Source of the DNA: Amoebidium appalachense | Lineage: Eukaryota > Protista > Ichthyosporea | DNA: 64,000 nt | Assembly (NCBI GenBank): GCA_963693365.1 | Contig: CAVNZM010000013.1 | Coordinates: forward strand, 5,508,640-5,572,639 | Direction: 5' to 3' | In this document: in pieces, positions 59,420 to 64,000 of the stretch | How the letters are laid out: each line of letters opens with the position of its first letter | Numbering within the stretch: position 1 is the stretch's first letter | Program-made: the position numbers and the translations under genes | Notes under the pieces: model-generated | What the model saw: only the letters and a program-made list of their open reading frames with translations | Told to the model about the DNA's origin: nothing | Databases searched by the model: none

Positions 59420-60696
59420 GTTTGTTTCCGTGTCAAGTTAGGCAGGTATCGATCCGAAGTGTGACAGATCCAGCGTTGTATATACGTATCTTCAGGTGCA
59501 TATAATCATCATTATATGTACCTACTGTATGTGCAGCACTGAAAGAGTTTCGTTTGTTTATGGTTGCTTTTATACCCGGGCAAGGCACACGAGGACCGTT
59601 CCCGTATGACGCAATAGTTTGTGTTGTCGATGGCTGAGCCGCGAAATGATCTATGACCTCGAGGGGTGTGATTGCATGATTCAAGCGCCAATGTATTTAT
59701 TAGCCATATAAAGCTAAATATATTACTTCGAAGACCAATACAACGGAAGAATCTATCCACGATCTTTCTGAGTGGTGCTGATCTAGCCAATCACACAACG
59801 TGCAAACGGATGGCGCGAAAATCTGGAGTCCTCAGAAGTCGAAGCTCCTCGCCCAGCTAGGCGCTTGTTCTGCTTCCAGTTTGCATATTATGCTAATATT
59901 AGCTTAGCTACATGGGTGTGCAGCCGTGGGAGATATGCTCATGCACACATCTCACTTCTTGTAGTCCAACTGCCTCCGTTTTAATATAAGCCTAAAAATT
60001 GTTCATCTGCAAAAATATGAAAACTTGCATCATGTCCTGGCTTCGAGTTCCAGGTGCTACATTCTGACGAACCGTTCTGCCAATTTTGCCAGATGCCAAG
60101 GCCATGGCCAGTGCGCGAGCCGCATCACGCAGCTTCAAACATACTCGTGTCCTATGAGTAGTAGTAGCCCCCCCCCCCCCCCCCCCCCCCCCCTTCCCCC
60201 CCCCCCCCCCGGCCCCCCGTGCCCCCCCCCCCTTCCCCCCCCCCCCTCCCCCCTCCGGCCCCCCCTCCGGGATCCCCCCAGGATCCCCCCAGCCCCCCAT
60301 CCCCCCCCCCCCCCCCCAACCCTCCCCCCCCCCCCCCCCCCCCCCCCCCCCAACCTCCCCCCCTCCAACCCCCCCCCCCCCCCCCCCCTCCCCCGGCCGG
60401 TCCCCCCTGCAGCTGAACCTCTTGACTTCGAGCTCCCTTTTGTAAATATCCCAAGTACTTGCGGCACGCACTTGCAAATTGAGTATGCAAACACGCACAA
60501 ATATTCCGGCTTTCCCTATGTGCACATGTACGAAATTAAATTTCACACACATACATACCTACCGCACACACATCGGGTCACGGGCACGCGCGCACGCACA
60601 CTTACATATGTGCTCACTTACATGTCATGTACATATGTACATTCATGTGTACACACACCCTACGTACACATACACGCATACGTACGTGTACAAAAA

Positions 60697-61294
60697 AGGG
60701 CCCAACCACATCGATCGGCTGAGTCAACTTGCTTCGAACTGAATGATTCTGCAAAAAGCAGAATTATTCTGCTCAAAGCAGAATTACTCTGCAAAAGCAG
60801 AATGAATCTGCTAAAAGCAGAATTATTCTGTTAAAGCAGAATCAATCTGCTATATAAAAAGCAGAATCACTCTGCAAACAGCAGAATCAATCTGCTAAAA
60901 GCGGAATTATTCTGCTAAAAGCAGTATTATTCTGCTAAAAGCAGGATTATTCTGCTGTCGAAAGCAGAATGATTCTGCTTTTTGCGGAATAAAAGCAGGA
61001 TTATTCTGCTGTCGAAAGCAGAATGATTCTGCTGTCGAAAGCAGAATCTGCTTTTTGCGGAATAATTCTGCTAAAAGCAGAATAATTCTGCTAAAAGCAG
61101 AGTGATTCTGCTTTTGCAGGATAATTCTGTTGAATGCAGAGTGATTCTGCTTTTGCAGAATAATTCTGCTTTTTGCAGAATAATTCCGCTTTTTGCAGAA
61201 TAATTCCGCTTTTTGTTTTGCAGAATGATTCCGCTTCAAGTTGTAGAATAATTTTGCTTTTTACAAGTTGACTCTGCCGATGTGGTTGGGCCCT
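60697..61294. mobile_element. Non-autonomous TIR/foldback (MITE-like) element filled with palindromic repeats
   Basis: ~31-bp terminal inverted repeats AGGGCCCAACCACATCG..GAGTCAACTTG (60697-60731 and 61264-61294). Interior holds about 25 GCAGAATNATTCTGC-type units at ~20-bp period. No convincing TSD. Confidence 0.8.
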
Positions 61295-61692
61295 AGACGT
61301 ATTCTACCGATGCACACACAGGTTTGGTTGGGTTTTCAAGTAGGGCCTGTGATGGGCGAATTCTTTTTTTTTGTGCGTGTGTCAGGTGCGTGTGGGGCGG
61401 GGCGGGGGCCGCGGCTGGGGTCCGGGGGAGGGGGGGGATAGAGAGCATTAATTATAATAATATTAGTAGGGAAACAAGGAGGTGTAGAGGACTCGGTTTG
61501 TGAACGAAGGGGGGGAGGGTGGGGAGGGGGAGGGGAGGGGGCCGGGGGGGGGGGGGGGGGAGGGGGAGGGGTGGGGGGGTGGGGGGAGGGAGAGGCGCGC
61601 GGGCGGGCGCTCGGGGGGGGCCCTGGAGTGGCTCTCACTGAGCCCGGGCCGTGGCAGTGGCTGGCAGTGTAAGCCCTAGTTGGCGAGTGCTG

Positions 61693-61730
61693 ATTGGAGT
61701 ATAAAGCCCGCCAAAATGTAGCAACCCAAT
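61693..61730 (+). promoter_or_regulatory. Candidate core promoter (ATTGG, TATAAA, GCCCGCCAAA, CCAAT)
   Basis: Motif cluster at the start of a repeat-free island upstream of the 62.5-kb ORF. Spacing is atypical. Confidence 0.3.
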
Positions 61731-61917
61731 TAGTAGACACTCTGACGAGCGTTATTAGGCTTATCTCAAAATCAGCTCGGTCTCATAATATTCGAGAAAG
61801 AACCACGGCCCTCTGAACAATGAGTGAAGACCCTGTGGTCTGTGTTTGCTGTGTGTTCTTCTGTTGCTCGTGGAAATAAGTGTAAAATGGATGCATTCTA
61901 TTTACATATCCCCCCAG

Positions 61918-61970
<53 letters not shown>

Positions 61971-62139
61971 GAATAAATAAATGAATGAATATATAACTAA
62001 ATGAATAACTTGTTTAAAGCATCTGCTTCTCTCGTTCCTTTCACGGCGAATGAATGCACCTTAACGACACACAGCAGAGGCAGGCACGCACAATCTGCTC
62101 ACACACACTCGAACACAAAGTAACGTGTGCGCTACTCAG

Positions 62140-62253
<114 letters not shown>

Positions 62254-62316
62254 TCACACACAAACTCACACACACACACACACAAGCACCCACCTACTCC
62301 CCTCACCCCCCCCTCT

Positions 62317-62371
<55 letters not shown>

Positions 62372-62383
62372 AGACACACACAC

Positions 62384-62420
<37 letters not shown>

Positions 62421-62516
62421 ACTCGCCACCTCCCCCCCTCCCCCCCCCCCCCCCCACATACACACACAAGCGGGTGTAGCTCACCAAGTAGCCCGATCCA
62501 TAGTCCATTTTTTCAG

Positions 62517-62859
62517 CGGCAATCAGGCTCCAGCACCATGCAGCGACCCGTCAGATATCGGAGCAATAACATGCATGTTTGGGCAATTCAGAATGATAAT
62601 GTGCCCTCTACACGCCACCAAGAAACTACCACAAGGATTGACTGAGAATGAGATATTGATGGTGGACTGTGGTGAAGTGGACGAGATGCTGAGAATAATG
62701 GACTCGTTTGTGAAGAGGGGCAGTCCCGAAAGTCCGGTAATTAAGGTGCGTGCTGACCAATGTTTTTTTTTGGCACTAAACGCAGAGGCAGGAAATGTAG
62801 TATTTGACACTTGCACAAAAGACATGACAGATACTCTCCAGGATCGTTTTTCGGTGTAA
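62517..62859 (+). CDS. Candidate orphan coding exon
   Basis: Acceptor ttttttcAG followed by a non-repetitive open frame (..[22 protein letters not shown]). Start is uncertain and no family recognised. Confidence 0.4.
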
Positions 62860-64000
62860 AAGGGGAGTATATGGCCTTCACCGACGAAGGGGAGGAGGAG
62901 TGGCTAAGAGAAAACGAGAGATGTGGAGGAGGGGAAAGAGGGGGTTGGAGAAGGTGGAGGGGGGGATGAACGGAACAGAGATTGTGTGTCGGTGTCTGTC
63001 TAAGGGAGAGAGGTGGAGAGAGGAAAGGGGCTCATTGAGGGATTTGGGGTGATGCACTGCCCCCCCCCCTCCCCCCCCCCCCCCCCCCCCTCTCTCCCCC
63101 CCCCCCCCCCCCCCCCCCCCCCGCCCCATACACACACACTTACACACACACACCACCACCACCACCACCACCATCACTACTCTGCCCTCTCTCTGAGCCC
63201 TCCATCACCCCCTAACTTTAACACCCACCCACCCACCCACCCACCTACACACAGACACACACACACACACATACACACACACACACACACGCACAGACAT
63301 TCCCTTTCTTTCTTTCTCCCCCCCCCCCCCCCCCCCCCTCTCTCTATCCATCTCCCCCCCCCCCCCCCCCCCCCCCCCCCACCCTTCCTTTCTCCCGTCT
63401 TTCTCTCTCTTCTCCGATCTCCCCCCCCCCCCCCCCCCCCCCCCCAGCCACCTCTCTCTGTCTCTCTCCCCACCCCTCCCCCCTCCTCTTCTGCTCTCTC
63501 GCACTTTCTCGCTCTCTTTCTTCATCAATCCTTTCTTTCCTCTCATCTCCGGCTCCAATCTAGCTCACTTCCTCTGCCACACTCTCCTCTTCCCCCCCCC
63601 CCCCCCCCCCCCTCCCCCCCCCCCAAACTCCTTCTCGGCAACGGCACACATTCCTTTTCTATTCTTGAGCATGCACTTTGGAAAGCATCTGTCAGTTTTT
63701 CGTGTTAGTGTAGTTGTCATTTGTTTCCTGTATGTTTGTTGTTTGCACCAAATGTCATGTCTCTGTGCTTCCATGGTTGACGATGTTAGTTTTGCAGCAC
63801 ACACTCTGATTTTATGTATCATTTTGTGTGTTACTACCCATTAATGTACACAATCGTTGAGGTGTGTTAAAAAAGAATCGTGGGACTGTAGCCCATGAGG
63901 TCAGCCAAAGGGATAAAAGTGAAAGGTCAGCCAGTTATCGAACCCCCTCCCCCCCCCCCCCCCCCTTTTTTTTTCCCCTTCGCAAAGCAAAAAAAAAAAA

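Noticed and set aside
60740-61260. CRISPR array, or heat-shock/STAT element array
   Set aside because: There are no unique spacers or cas genes. GAA-NNN-TTC spacing matches neither nGAAnnTTCn nor TTCNNNGAA.

Overview
Intron-rich eukaryotic DNA. Introns and gene flanks are saturated with (CA/TG)n, (GA/TC)n and very long poly-C/G/A/T runs, so nearly all ORF-track entries are microsatellite artefacts. Reading splice sites by hand gives five spliced genes, all tied to proteolysis: an ADAM10/Kuzbanian-like metalloprotease (+, 9105-23497), ubiquilin/Dsk2 (+, 24969-34919), proteasome beta-2/PRE1 (+, 37749-44725), an F-box/LRR gene (+, 46635-50595) and a papain-family cathepsin-B-like protease fused to a TSP1-like module, Thr-rich stalk and hydrophobic tail (-, 59419-55948). 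There are also two short orphan ORFs. Mobile DNA: a 5'-truncated APE+RT non-LTR retrotransposon with a 12-bp TSD (5221-8364), a solo copy of its last ~130 bp just upstream, a TIR-bounded foldback element filled with palindromic ~20-bp units (60697-61294), and a dispersed ~130-nt repeat family, mostly intronic, with a hairpin module. The most notable signals are the splicing architecture (acceptors preceded by long AG-free microsatellites, candidate distant branch points, GT...AC polarised introns), the structured repeat family, and the anchored-protease fusion. A unicellular opisthokont/holozoan origin is plausible but is inference only. Exon coordinates were read manually and need RNA-seq confirmation.
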